Below, one piece after another: positions 41,483-55,989 of a stretch of DNA of 64,000 bases (positions are counted from its first letter, which is position 1; each line of letters opens with the position of its first letter). Under the pieces are notes generated by a model. The model did no database searches and was not told the DNA's origin. It worked only from the letters and a program-made list of their open reading frames with translations. Origin of the DNA: Pelomyxa schiedti. Lineage: Eukaryota; Protista; Evosea. Made by a program: the position numbers and the translations under genes. The stretch lies in the NCBI GenBank assembly GCA_020536535.1, contig JAHLWZ010000267.1, positions 1 through 64,000 on the forward strand, in the 5' to 3' direction.

Positions 41483-43380
41483 ATGTCCAGCGTAAGAGGC
41501 GAGGTGCACTGCCATCAAGTAACCATTTGGTTTTCGCCATACAACTTGTACGATCCCCGGTGTCCCTTGCTTTCCAAAGCCGATGACCGTTCATACGACC
41601 TACTCAAAGAATGCAAATATATCAAGTGCACACCGGACTCTGTGGCCTCGCTAACACTGAGAAGGGCTTTTCCTAAGGTACGCTGGTGATTGTCTTAGGT
41701 TTGTTTTATAAAAATACTAGGATGCAGTTGTTATCCTTAATGAACACCACTGTCAACAAACAGCTCTTACAGGCTGGGTGGCACGTCTAGAGGTCTTTTG
41801 TTCTTGACTTATATTTTAAGTAATAGGTGCAGGTGGTTGGTATTTCCTTTCACTGGAGCACAAATCCAGGTCCGTTCCCCGTACATCCGTTATTTATTTT
41901 TCATTAAAAAACATAGTTTGGTGGATCAAGCAAGACCTTCTCCAGGATGATGACAAAACAAAGGACTGTTACTTATTCCAGCATGCACTGTTGCTTTCCT
42001 CATTGACCTGTGCATACTGTCCTCCACAAATCGAACCGGAACCCCTAGAATATGCAGTATGCTTTTCTCCAATGAGAAGGGGGTTCAATGAAACTATCAG
42101 GGAGCCGCGATCTCGCAAGCATTTATAGTAAAATCACCCTGGACAGGGTTACTGGTGGTGTTGTATACATCTCTCAGATGTTTGTTGAGTCATACCCCAA
42201 AATAAGGGAGGGACGAATCCTCAGATACTCCAAACAAGGTTACCGAGTTTCACAACTCTTTTTTTTAACAACCAATTTAGATAACACACTTCAGACAGTT
42301 CCAGAACGAAGAGGAAACACACTCATACCTCCTGAGGGCATATCGTCCAGTGTCTGCACTCCACTCAATGACGCCATTTTCGTACATCCGTCCTGTATAT
42401 CACATCTGGGGGACCTTTTGGCTGTTGGAAATGGCGTACGCCCTGGTGTGCAACTCATCGACTTGTCAGCAGGACAAGTGTACGCGTACTTCAACGCAAC
42501 CATGGGAGGGGTCAGGTCAATTGCCATCAACCCACCAGAGGAAGGAAAGAGCCTGCCAGAGATTCACGTTGGAACCACGAACGGGATTTGGGTGATCAAG
42601 CCCACATGTGAGTGGAATCCTCTTTGTCCTTTTGATGCCAATGCCCACGTCACCACCAGGGCAAGAGAACTCTCGATGGAATACCACTCAGGTCAGAACG
42701 ATACCTGGAGGGGTGGATAGCCTTGCTGGGCACGACATTGTGGTTAGTGGCCCTAGGATTGCGATTAATGGTACAATGATCACCACGATAGCTTTTCTCT
42801 TACTATTTCAGGTACACACTACCAGTGGTTCTCTTTCTTAACGACGATTGCGGTTGTGAATCTCAGAACTTGGCATCCCAAAAGCCAAGACCGAAATGTT
42901 TTGGTTTATGCTGAAAAAGTACACCAACAACCAGACCGTTTCAGACTCGTGTGGACTCCAATTGGCTCTCCCACTGCCTCGAACCAACACGAGCCAGAAC
43001 CCTGTGAGAGTGGAGTTGCACAACAACCAACCAACAAAAGACCCAGAACATCGACGTTGGCTGATGGCGGCACACCATACTGTGGTCGTGCTATGTCAAC
43101 TGCAAGCTGCACCGTACTCCCCATGCTTGAGACAAATGTGTTTTTGAAGGAGGAGTTCAAAAACATGCTGGACTTCAACATTGACCCCCACAACAACGTA
43201 CTGTGTGTACTGGGCCAGGGTTATCTGCACTTCTTTGAAGCACCTTTCACCACCTCGAGCCTCTTAAGAGCAACCACGAGAGACATCCCTCCTCTTCTCC
43301 CACCAACACCCCTATCTCTAAGCAGCATCGCTGCCGCAACAACCACTACTCCCACAAGCACTTCCTCAGACTCATACTAA
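41483..43380 (+). CDS. Hypothetical protein, probable beta-propeller-like region
   Basis: ATG 41483, exons including 42088-42720 and 42856-43380 with beta-strand-rich segments (VQLIDLSAGQVYAYF..VRSIAIN..IHVGTTNGIWVI). Confidence 0.6.
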
Positions 43381-43432
43381 ACAATACTCCCGTTCCAAAA
43401 AAAAAAAGTGGAGAACTCCGTTTTTGCTGGTT

Positions 43433-46400
43433 TCAACTTCTGGAGTTTGCATTTTTGGAACGCAACTCAGCAATTTTTTTCTGCCTTGTCAGAGGGGTGC
43501 ATGTCTGCCAGAGAATCAGGTCTTGCATGAGACCATTGGTTGCTGGAAGTTGTGAAACGAAATCTTGGTCGTCTGTTGAAAGCTGCAGGAGGACGATCTG
43601 AAGTGTGTTGTGTCAGCATGTATTGGGAAGGAGGGCACAAACCAGAGATGAGAGCCTTGCTTTTTGTGCATCTCCCACAAAGGTAAGCACTCTTTGGGCT
43701 ACAGCTGCGCTGGGTGCAGAATCGTTGATGACATTGAGGAACGGCGGGTATAAAAGAAGCGACTCGATGGATTCTGCAACATCCAGCTGCTCCTTTTCTG
43801 TCATGAACTTCTTAACCGCACTAAGTCGCTTCTCAGGTGACTCTGGGGCAAGAAGCTAAATAAAGAGAAACAGGTGGCCAAATTTACTCTTCTCGTCTTC
43901 CACCCTCGATTTTTTATGTGGTGTGGCTGATATGTCGTCACCCATCCAGATATACTGCGGCACTTCTGTAAGGAAAATATATAGTAAGTGTGTGAGGAGT
44001 GAGGGTGTGGGTAATTAACCATATTCAGGGCGCTTGTGGCTAATGGGTGGGTCCAGGCAAACAAGCACATTTGGGCATGACTTAAAGTTTTGGTATCCAG
44101 CATTAATCTTGAACTCCATGTAAGGTTGCCTGATTCCCTGTGAGCCTCGGAGAAGCTCTTCTATCTGCTTTTTTATGTTTAGACACTCTATCCTCTTTTC
44201 GTTTGAATGATCTTTTTGCAGGTTCATAAAGTCCCAATCACTAACAAAATAGAAAAGCCCTATAGGAAAAATAGAGTAATGTTAGGAGCACAGATACAAG
44301 AAGAGAAAATACCTGGTTCTTGTCTTGCCTTGCACACTAGCAAGAACTCCAAGCATTTACGTAATATTGCCAAGTGTCTCCCACCAGTGGAGAACTGGAA
44401 GTCAACAGAAATGTAACGTGGAAGAGGTCCTTGTAGGTGTGCATGTTTTTCACCTTTGGGGTGTTTGCTTACATAAGAAAAAAAAAATCTTGTGGTTGCT
44501 TTGAGTCAGTGGGCTGCTGCTTACGTAGGATGGCATATGTGCGGAAGTCAGTCTTTTCCCATGTGCAGTTGCCTCGATCAGATACCCAGAAGCTACACCT
44601 TTCAGTAACCAGANNNNNNNNNNNNNNNNNNNNNNNNNNNNNNNNNNNNNNNNNNNNNNNNNNNNNNNNNNNNNNNNNNNNNNNNNNNNNNNNNNNNNNN
44701 NNNNNNNNNNNNNTGGTTGCTTTGAGTCAGTGGGCTGCTGCTTACGTAGGATGGCATATGTGCGGAAGTCAGTCTTTTCCCATGTGCAGTTGCCTCGATC
44801 AGATACCCAGAAGCTACACCTTTCAGTAACCAGAGAGTCTATACTTGCTTCAGATAGGGCATGAAACACTTTAATCAGTGGCCTAAGGTCTATTTGACAT
44901 CAGGATGTGCTGAAAGATATAAAATAAATAGATAAAAATTGCCCTACTACTATCAACAAAGTAGTATGAATCGCCATTGTAAACAATGTTATGAATCTGA
45001 GACCAGCTTCTTACAAGCTCTGTGACCATATTGTACTCAAAAAGGTTTCCTGTTATCTCTTTCACTTGTCTCCAAAACTGGAGGGCAGGAACGTCCATAA
45101 GCTTGCGCTCTGGTGCACACACCATGGCACATGCCCAGGCTGGTGGATATGTTACCTTGAGTCCACCTGGAACTGGGATAACAACAGCTATGCCTTGTTT
45201 GTTCAAGCAAGAGCCAATGTCAAGAAGAATTTTGTAGCCTTTTTTTTTTGTTATATAGTGCAAAGTGCAGCATGACTTTTGAGTCACTTTTAGTCTTTTC
45301 TGGAAAAAATAATGTTTCTGGGGAAAGGGTTTGTGCCTCCTTCCTGGCACCAAGCATAAAGAATTGGTGTAGGATATTTGCTTGTGATTCGGTCCCATCA
45401 ATCCTTGACTTGGGATTAATAACTGTTTGGATTCTCTACCTGTAAATAACCTCTGTCTTTTTCTCTGCCAGGTTTTCTCAATGATTTCATTCCAGCAAGG
45501 AAGGCTCCCCAGAGTCCCGGCACAGCACATGTCCTTCACACTGTACAATTGATTACTAGTGGAGAGGTACAAAAGTATATGTACATTTGTAGAAAATCAA
45601 GGAACAGGGAGCGCTGGGCACTATGTAATGAAGATATCTTTAGAGTGATAAAAAGTAGAATTGGAAAGAGGATATTAGTCTGTGATGAGACTGCACTGAC
45701 TGAGGACATACTCTTCTCATATCTTTTGCAGGATTTTTCCCAAACAATGTATTGGAAACTCCAAAAAAGAGCTTCAATGCCAGAAATACCATATCATCAT
45801 CAAGAATATTGCTCTAGAAACAAAAAAAAAGTCAGAACAGAAAAGAAAAGAAAAGGGTTGCTTGCCAGGCATGACTGGAAAGTTCCAAGTGGTATAGGAG
45901 AGTGTAATAAACATAGCGCATCACTCCCGGAGAGAAACATTACAACATTAGGGAATGCTGCCTTGAGGAGTAGAAGATTTCTATAATTGTTGTCAACCAG
46001 AAAAGACTGTGCAGGGGGAAAAGTACTGTAAAGCAGCCTTAAATTGTCCTGAATCGTCTTTCTGAGTTGCCCATTAGAATAAGCTTGGATATAGAGTGGC
46101 TTACCTCAAGTTCACAGTCGAAAAGATGAAGCAAAAAGTGCTTTTCAGGAGGGTGTTGTGCCAATTCTTCCTTTAGTGGTCCGATTTCCAGTAAGTCCTT
46201 GAAGCTATACTCGTTGTATGCTTCAGGAGGCAGGCTTAGTTCTTTGGCTACCTCATGAATGTCAAAGCTTGGTGTGTTTTCACTCTCACCTATTATCAGT
46301 CAACTTCCCCAAGTTGATGTTTGTCATAGAAGTACCCCAAACAGTGTATATTGTATCCTTTGCTCTGCCCTGCTTTATGATGTCGCAAAGCATATGGAAC

Positions 46401-47315
46401 TGATTAGTCTTGAAAAATACAGGGCAGTTTGTAAGATCCTCTGGGCACACATCCCACTGGAAGTGTGCCAGTGCTCGTGACCACCGGGGACATAGCTCTA
46501 TGGGTTTCAAGGTGGAAGGAGGTGTTGAGGGAGATATGGGGGTGGATGTGGATGTGGATATTACCACTCCGGCACCATCTTGAACCTGTGGCGGTGCTGT
46601 ATAAAGCAAGGGTGACAGTTGGTCAGAGACAGATTGCGTGTGAGGAGGGGACAACTGTGACGCCAGACTGGGAAGGGCAGGTGGTGCCACTGGTGAAGAG
46701 GTCGAAACAGGTGGCGAGGTGCAAATCTGTAATGGTGGATCCAGTGTACAAATTGGTGGAGGTGGAGCCATGGAGAGAATGGGAGAGTGTGGTAAGGGGC
46801 TCACTGAGGAAGCAGCACTTGAAGTGTCCTGGCCTGGTGTCTCTTTCTAATTTGGGCACAAAAGAAAAATGAAGAAGCCAAGAGGAAAAAGTGCCGGTTT
46901 AGTGCAAAAAAATGTAGAGGAGTCAGGAAAGACACACTCGATACCACAGTGTAGCCAGAGCCAGCTGGACCCCAAAGGGCTGGTCACTGTAGTTCGTGGA
47001 ATATGGAGCCAGCCAGCTCGCAGCAAAAGAGAAGTAAGACCGAACTGAATTGCTCGACTTGAAAAGGCCCTCAATGCACTCCCTAACATTGGCATCCCCG
47101 CTTTCGTAGCGAAGGCGTATCGGCAAAGCCGCGGCGGCATCTGTGACAGGCACTTCGGCAACAAGCCTCTCGATGTATTCCCAGTATTGCCTGTCGAGGG
47201 GCCCATAATCGCCGTCGGTGTGGCGTACGTCAAGCGCTTTCCGAAGCGGGCAGCGGACCCGAATTCCCCTGGTGGGTTCTTTTTTGTCCTTCCCCTTGTT
47301 TTTGTTGTTGGGCAT
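43433..47315 (-). CDS. Large hypothetical multi-exon protein spanning the second gap
   Basis: ATG 47315 (MPNNKNKGKDKK...), minus-strand ORFs 46286-46804, 44883-45572, 44015-44227, 43613-43804; boundaries approximate. Confidence 0.6.
43831..44613 (+). repeat. Second copy of the 783-bp segment at 1..783
   Basis: Direct sequence comparison. Confidence 0.97.
44614..44713. other. Scaffold gap (100 N); flanks overlap by 121 bp, so the gap is probably false
   Basis: 44714..44834 repeats 44493..44613 exactly. Confidence 0.95.
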
Positions 47316-47583
47316 CACGTCGACACGCCCCGCAACAGGTCCCACACAAAGCCACAAACTGATGGGTTAAAAAGAAGCCGCAGTTATCCCGTAAAGCGTA
47401 GGATCGCCTTTCAGCCGTAGAGATCATAATCGCGTACCTTTGCTGTTCCCTAAAAGGAAGAAACACGAAAATCGTAAGTAAAAACATCTGTCTCCGCTGT
47501 TGGCCCACAAGCAAATGCCCACTGAGACCCCACAGTCCAAAGGAAGTCTGATAAGCCAAAAAAACACAAGGGAAACGTTTTCC

Positions 47584-47732
47584 CACAGGAAAAGGCAACT
47601 AAAGTGAACCAGGAAAGAATGATTGTGGGTCTAGTTCAAATTCCTGTCAAAGCTTATACTAAAAGGTACACAGGAAAAGGCAACTAAAGTGAACCAGGAA
47701 AGAATGATTGTGGGTCTAGTTCAAATTCCTGT
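47584..47732 (+). repeat. Two identical 64-bp direct repeats (47584-47647, 47669-47732) with a 21-bp spacer; each unit has inverted ends
   Basis: cacaggaaaaggcaactaaagtgaaccaggaaagaatgattgtgggtctagttcaaattcctgt x2. Confidence 0.95.
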
Positions 47733-47909
47733 AGACATTGTAACATTTCTTGGTGTTGAAAGCATGGTGTGGCTAGTTTCACATCCCAAAAAACACCTTG
47801 TAGAGATTTACAAAACACTTTTTATAATGCTGTATGTTACATTGGATGACAATTATGCAACATTTACATTGCACATTGTAAAGAAGGGGAAATGGAGTGT
47901 TGGATCATA

Positions 47910-48886
<977 letters not shown>

Positions 48887-49157
48887 GCTATTATTCTTTC
48901 CTTCGATTCCTTGGTTTTTGTTTTGTTGTTTTGCTCTGTTGCACTTTCGTATGGCTTCTTTTATTTGTTGTTACTGACTCCATCGCTCGTCGCTCCTTTT
49001 TATCCCAACAGGTGGGGGGTTTTTGTTTGTCGAAGAAACGAAAAAACAGAGGTGGGGGTGTTACCACTTCGAGGAAACTGTTTCGATCACCCCTCATCGT
49101 CAAATTTCGGTTAGCGTGTTGAATACCGGCTTCCAAACAACACCAAGTCACAATCCC

Positions 49158-52100
49158 ATGATGCGGGTTCGGTGCTCTCGGCATGGGGTATCGTGCGGCG
49201 AACCCGTCGTGATGCGAGTCTCGGCCCACGTTGACGTTAGGCTCATGGTAGCCACCGTCACGCTCGACATCGACTGGCTCAACACCACGTCGCTGCCCCG
49301 TGGTTCTTCAGTGGAAACAACGTCGAGGAGTGCTATTATGGGAGGGAGTTTGAGTGAGGCCACTGGTGCCGTTTGTGATTGTGATTATGGGAGTGGTGGT
49401 TGCTGGGCAGAAGTGTGCTTCCCTCTAAGTGATGGTGTGTGGTAATTATTATGATGCATAATTGAGATAGTGACAGTGGAACGTCACACTCAAACTTGTC
49501 TTCTATTTCTTCATTGCCTCTATTTTTAGGAGCCTCTGTGATTGGATATGCTGTGGATTACGAAAATGCTATGTTGGATGCTGTGATTTGTCCAAAAACC
49601 AAGGTCGATTCGAGTTAAAAAAAAAAAGGTCAAATAACGGAGTAGGCATGCAGGTAAGGGCAATTTTTGAACAGGAAACCAGACAAAATCGTGCCTCCAG
49701 TGCTTTGCATAACTTGGCTGGGGGGAATGCATATTCCGTGCAACTGTATTTGACCCTGTATTATGCATTTCACTCAAAGTTCATTCCAGGTACCCTTTCA
49801 ACCACAGAATGACCAGACGTGTAAGGATATCTTACATCTGCAAGCTATTCTTAAGAAATACAAGTTGCTATTTGGAAATCCCCCTTCCGATCACATCCAC
49901 AGCTTTCAAGCTTCCCCAGTTGGAAGTTGAGGCAAAAGTGCAGTCGACTGGTGACAGCACTGGGGCATCGCTCCAACTCATTGGCATTACTTGTAATAAG
50001 CCTCCTCCTGAATTTGAGGTTTCATATGTGTCATCTGATCTATATCACGTGGTTTGGGATGCTGATCAGTTAGAGTTCTCCAGTGGGTCAGCCCTAAGAA
50101 TTGAAGTTACTATGCCCGTGAAATTCTACAGCGACTCTTACGTGGCTGCTGGTCAGTGTGTGCAGTCAAATGAATCATATTTTTGCGTGCGAGACCCTTG
50201 TCCCCCATGTAGTACTAGGAATCATTCCTCAAGTCCCAGATCCTATGGGATCTTGTGGGACTCGTCACTGAGCCACTCTCTGTATAAAGTTGACGAGGTT
50301 GGCTGAGTTGAGAACAATTTTTCTCCTTCGTAACTTGCAGTAGGAACTTATGATCGACATTGTTGAAAATCTCCAAAATGTGACAAGCATTCAGCTTCAT
50401 ACATTTGCGTGCAGTATCAATCAAATCGGTTCCTTCTCTTCAGAGGAGACTGACAAAATTCGAAGATGTGTTTTGGGGATTGAATACCAAGGTGGAAGCG
50501 ATTTTTACTCCCTGCTTGACTTTGTAGACTCCTCCAAAGTGGACACTTGGTTGCTCTTTTCTGATGGGTTCCCAACAATTGGGCTACATAACGGCAAAAG
50601 AAAACTCAGAAACTTGGAAAAACGGGTTTTCACATTTAGCTCTCAGACATGTAATTCAGGATTCTTATCTGCTTTTGCAAATCACTTTGGTGGGTGCCAC
50701 TTCTGTATTGATAGTACAACAAACATTTCCTCAATTGTGGACGCCATTCACCGGCCTCTCACCAGATTCCTTGGAATGGCTGATGAAACAAAAACTATTG
50801 TTTTCCATGCATATCCAGAAGAAAGTCTCATTCCACCAAATCAGCAATTCCTCTTTGCTGGACATTTGGATACAGGGGCTATTACAAGCATTACAAATAT
50901 TGTTCTGCGCTTCTTGGTGGATGGTAAAGAGGTAGAAAAAAGCTATCCAATGCCACACATATTCCCCGGCTGCAAAAATTCCATCCTGCAACTCCTTTTT
51001 GCCCAGCGTAAACTGGTTCACCTCCAACAACAAGAATCAGTAAAAGAGAAGCGATATTATGAAGAGATAGTCAATACCAGCAAGCAATTTGGAGTTGTTA
51101 CTCGTCAGACAAGCTTTGTTATGCTCACCACACTTGAGCAATTTTTGGAGCATGATATCGAGCCACCAGACTCACTTCCTCAACTACAAGTACAATTTCA
51201 GCTTCTCTCTTCACAGCGAAGAGTAGCACGAGAATTGCGAAAATCCAAACGGAAAACAGGGATCAATGCGGAATGGGAAAGAGTACTTCTTCGTCTCTCC
51301 ATGAAAGCTCCTCCTAAGCACCTGTCGCACTTGCTCCTCTCAATTGGAAAGGTTACTGAAGACTTTGACTTTCTCCCGGTTGAAGTGTCTGTTTGTGATA
51401 AGGTATCGCACCCACAAGCAGAAGAAATTCTTGTTGTGCGGGAAGAAAGGTTTGAGTGCGAAAAAACCCTTGAATACCGTAATCCACCTGGTCAAGATGT
51501 CGGGATTATTACTACGCCTTCAATGGAAATAGATTTCACACGAGCCAAACTTGGGTCTGAACTGGTTGATGGCTGTGTACCTTCCCAGACACTCAGCTCC
51601 GAGCCAATGGATAACAATGTTTCTATGACATCCACTGACAAGGATACAATGTTTGCACAGGAATCCGGAAAAGAAATCTCCCAAAAAGAAAAGATTACTT
51701 GCAATCAACAAATAGCCTCAACAATCCCTGTTCAAGAGAAGGTCCCAGATATTTGTTGCCAAGGACTGTCCAGTGAGGATAGCACATCCCTAATGAAACA
51801 CTCACAAGTTATATGCCATGGTGGCCGCAATGAATTCTGTCTTGAATCCAAATCAACAATAGGAGTCGAATTCGGAACTTGCTCATTCCAGGTTTCTTCC
51901 TTTCATTTCTATTGTGTTGCTCACGAAAATCCTCACCTGAATCCGTAGATTGAAAAATCTGAAGGTAAATTACAGCTTTGGGACACAGGTATGAACCTCA
52001 AGTGGTTGAATGTCGGTTTTAACCCGTGTGTAGCTGGGCAGCAAAGATTCAATGCACTAACTCGATCTTTTTATCGAGGCGCTGCTGGAGTTATAATTGT

Positions 52101-54407
52101 ATATGGTATTTGGACTCTCAACAGTCAAAGAATCTCACTATTCAATAGATATAACCAAGCGAAAATCGTTCAGTCAAGTCCCTGTATGGATGGCAAAAGT
52201 TATGCAAAATTGTATGACTACAATTCCGGCAATTGTTATTGTAGGGAATAAATCTGATTTGAAGGACTTGAGAGAGGTTGGAATAAATCAAATCCAATCT
52301 GACATTGTACATGCTCCAGGTTTCCTATTCAGAAGGGAAATTACTGGCCAACAGTGTTGGAGCACCTTTTTGCGAAATTTCATGTTTGACAAATGAGAAC
52401 ACACACGAAGTCTTACAACTTCTATACCCAGGAATGTAGGGCCACCCTCGCCAATTTTTAAAAGACTCACGAAAAACCAGGCTCTTCTCAGATTTAGACA
52501 AGTAGGTTTCTTCTGTTCACAACCTTCCCTCTTATTCCTTTGGTAGACTTAAAACGGAGTTTGTTTTTTATAAGGCGATTCTTCTGGGTTATCTCATTTA
52601 AACATTTATTTTGTACTTATTGGGAGGACAGGTGATACAGCTGTTGGGAAAACATCCTTACACTCTAGAATAATCTCCAGTAAAGTTAATGTTACATCAC
52701 TTGTAAAACAGCTTCTCCTGAGGAGAAATAACATCCGGAATGCTGAGGCTACTGCTATGGCACGAAAGATCTATCCACAGTGCAACAATCAGATAGTAAG
52801 AAATATATCAATCATGGGAGCTCTGGGGGTTGGCAAAACTACTCTCGTTTCCTCCTTGAAAAAGTTTCTGGGACCACAGCCAACAGTTGGTGATATCAGG
52901 ACTTGGTTCTATGTTAAAACTGGCAGTAATGCACTGGAGGAGGCATTTCCATTCATTGTACATCAATTTTTAGTCCCTCCTACTTCCTCTGAAGACATCA
53001 ACTTCCTTGCCACTTGTACTTCAATTGTGGTGGTTTATGAGGCCACTAACAACTCGTCTTATGAGACTGCTCTCCAGTGTCTTGATTCTGTGAGACTCTA
53101 TCCGTGCCAGAAGATTCTAGTATGCAATAAGTGTGATTGCAGAGGAGGATCTGTCACTGGGGTGAATGTGGATTCTGCCCGTGCAGAGGCCTGGAACCGA
53201 AATGCCCATTATATTGAAATGAGCGCAAAGCTGTCTCCCCTGAGCATACAAGACCTATGGAATTCAGTGGCTTGTGGAGTTCCCCCATCTTACGTTCCAT
53301 ATGAAACCACACCCCCATCACCTCAAGTCGAGGAGATAACCTCAAGTCAAAGGTGTGTCCACGATAGTAATCACAGTCCACAGTCTCAAACAGTTGGCCC
53401 AAGTCCTATTTCTTCTTGTTCCTCATCTCCAGGGCGAAATTACATTCCTACCAATGTGAATTTCGTTCCAGAACCTCGCAATAGTAGTTTAGTGAAAGTC
53501 CCATCGCACTGTGCCAATCCCACAATACTATTTGACGTGTCTTCAAACTTGGTTACACATTCCAGCAACCCAAGTGCACCTTCTTTATATTTAGAGGCTC
53601 TATCAATCTTGTCTGGAGCACTGGAAATAGGATTTGAAGACATTCCCGTAATGAGAATGGTTGCTTACAAAATGGAGGAGTGGAGGCTCTACGATCAAGG
53701 TTTGAGGAACACTCCTTTGATGTTCACTCCAGCCCTATCAAACCTAAATAATGGGAAAAAAAAAAATAGCCAAATACTTGTATGAGAGAATATTGCAGCT
53801 TTGTAGTGAGCCCCAAAGCTACCTTGATCTCGCCCAAGTCCTCCTCCGTCTGAATGACGTGCCAAATGCTCTGCACTACTATAAAATTATCTTGGGGGAG
53901 GATAGATGCCCCCATGAGTACTGCGAAGCTGCATTAAATGACCCAAGGTTTGAGCAAATTGAAATCACTGCACTCCTAGATACATGGTGGCTAAGCCACA
54001 GTGCATTAGACTCCCCGCCACCTCCTCAGTTGAGAATTACTCTCAAGTGGAACAGTGCCAATACTGACCTTGACCTCATTGTCACGCCAAATGGGGCTAC
54101 CAATAGTAATATGGGTGTGTTGCCGGTGGCATGCACCACCTTTGCGAATGTTACAGAGGAGGGGGGCTGGCTTACCAGGGACTTCAACGCCTATGGGCCG
54201 GAGGAATTCATCCTGCCAAAGGTAAGTAAAATACCAAGCACATATTCTGTATCAGCCAAGGTATGCTCACACTTGGGGCCGCCAACTGCGAGCGTAGTGA
54301 CTGCGCTGTATGTGCACTCTTGCGGAGATCTTGTGGCAATGACCTGCACGAGGCTAGTATGCAAAACTGGGTCTGTGTTTCCGCTTGGCACCGTAACTGT
54401 TTCTTGA
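49158..54407 (+). CDS. VIT + vWA-like + Rab-like domain (apparently permuted) + Ras-like domain + TPR/DUF2135 (YfaP-like) protein
   Basis: VIT ([29 protein letters not shown]), [33 protein letters not shown]; Rab motifs [25 protein letters not shown]; GDTAVGKT; [17 protein letters not shown]; [32 protein letters not shown]; start codon approximate. Confidence 0.82.
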
Positions 54408-54803
54408 CGAAAATGGAAACCTTCTTCAAACGAATGAACTTTGTTGAGGCTCAACGAACCTTCGATCTGGATCTGAGGGTGGAGTCACAGAAATGGCTCC
54501 AATGACCACACCAGCTCACCAGCTGTAAATAAGAAAAATGCACAAGATCTGGGCGCGAAGCCTACACAACCCGTGGAGACATTCGTTCCCTGCGTTGTCA
54601 ATCACTCTTTTATCAAGTTCTTTTTTGTTGTTTATTTTTTCGTTCCTTTCCTTCGCAAAGCGGAGATTTAGAAAACAAAAAGAAAACCTTCCGTTGTGGT
54701 GCGTCGTTTGACGTCGTTTACCGCCGAGATTAATCTTGCCACCGGCCCATACACTTTTACCGCATTATTTTGTTTTATTCGGGTGCAGTCAGGGCGGTGC
54801 GTG

Positions 54804-55826
54804 ATGTCGGACCCATCGTTCAAAGTTGTGCTCCTTGGGGAGGGTAGTGTCGGAAAGACGTCACTGTTGTTGAGATATGTGCGCAATGAGTACTCAAGTA
54901 TTGCTTTCCCGCCTTTTCTCCTTTTTTTTTTTTTTCCCCTTCGGTCGTCGTGTAGTGCCAAACCTTCCAATCAACCCAATGGCACTGATATTAACTAATA
55001 TCCGCCACAAAAAAAGGTGACCACGTCCAGACAGTACAAGCATCCTTTCTACCAAAAAGGGTCACACTAGAAGGAAAATCGGCAAGACTGCTAATTTGGG
55101 TTTCATACTACAATCCACTTTCCTATCAACAACTTACAGCACAACAGGACACTGCCGGGCAAGAGAGATTCCATGCTTTGGGCCCAATATGTATGTCCTC
55201 TCCCTTTATGTTTTGTTTTTTCCTTATTATTTAAACAAAATTTCGCAGATTATCGTGATGCTCACGGTATTCAATTTCCTGTTATGTGTAGTGATTCGTC
55301 TGATCTTATCAAAAGGAGCTCTTCTTGTGTATGACATCACAGATAAGGAATCATTCGATAGAGTACAAGTTTGGGTTAAAGAGCTTCGCAAGATGCTAGG
55401 AAACGATATAGTACTTAGCATTGCAGGTTAGGAGTATGCACATGAAACAACACATTACCCACTTCTCAACAACCTCACACTGTGCTTGTTTTACATTGTT
55501 CTTTATAAATTATGCTGAAGATTCAACAAGGCAACAAAGTGGATTTAGACAGAAACCGTGTAGTTGAGTTACAGGAGGCAGAGGATTATGCAGCCAGTGT
55601 TGGGGCGAAACACTACCTTACATCTGCTAAGTTGAATAAAGGAATTGAAGAAATGTTCAAAGACATTGCCAAAAGTGAGATTAGCTCCACTCCCACCCCA
55701 CTCCATCTCACATTATTGTAAGGACTTCTCGAGGTGCCCCTAAAAGAAGTGGAACCCCGCAGAGGAATTGTTCCCGATCCTCTTCCACCAAAGAAGAAGA
55801 ATGACGGCTGTTGTGGCTCAGATTAG
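54804..55826 (+). CDS. RAB21: Rab21 small GTPase
   Basis: [72 protein letters not shown]-terminal GCC. Confidence 0.95.
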
Positions 55827-55989
55827 ACATTCAGGCTTATCTTTTTAAAAAAAAAACCAAACTATTGTTCAACAACATAAAAAACAGGCACCAAATGTGC
55901 CCTAACAAGAAGTAAGTTTTTGTCTCAATGAAAAAAAAAGAAGTCTTGTCTTTCAATTAACAGTCACGTTTTTACTCAAGCCCCTTCAT

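Noticed and set aside
44714-44834. 121-bp tandem duplication around gap 2
   Set aside because: Exact contig-end overlap; an assembly artefact rather than a biological repeat.
47584-47732. CRISPR-like repeat-spacer-repeat
   Set aside because: Only two units, 64-bp repeat with 21-bp spacer, eukaryotic context, no cas genes.
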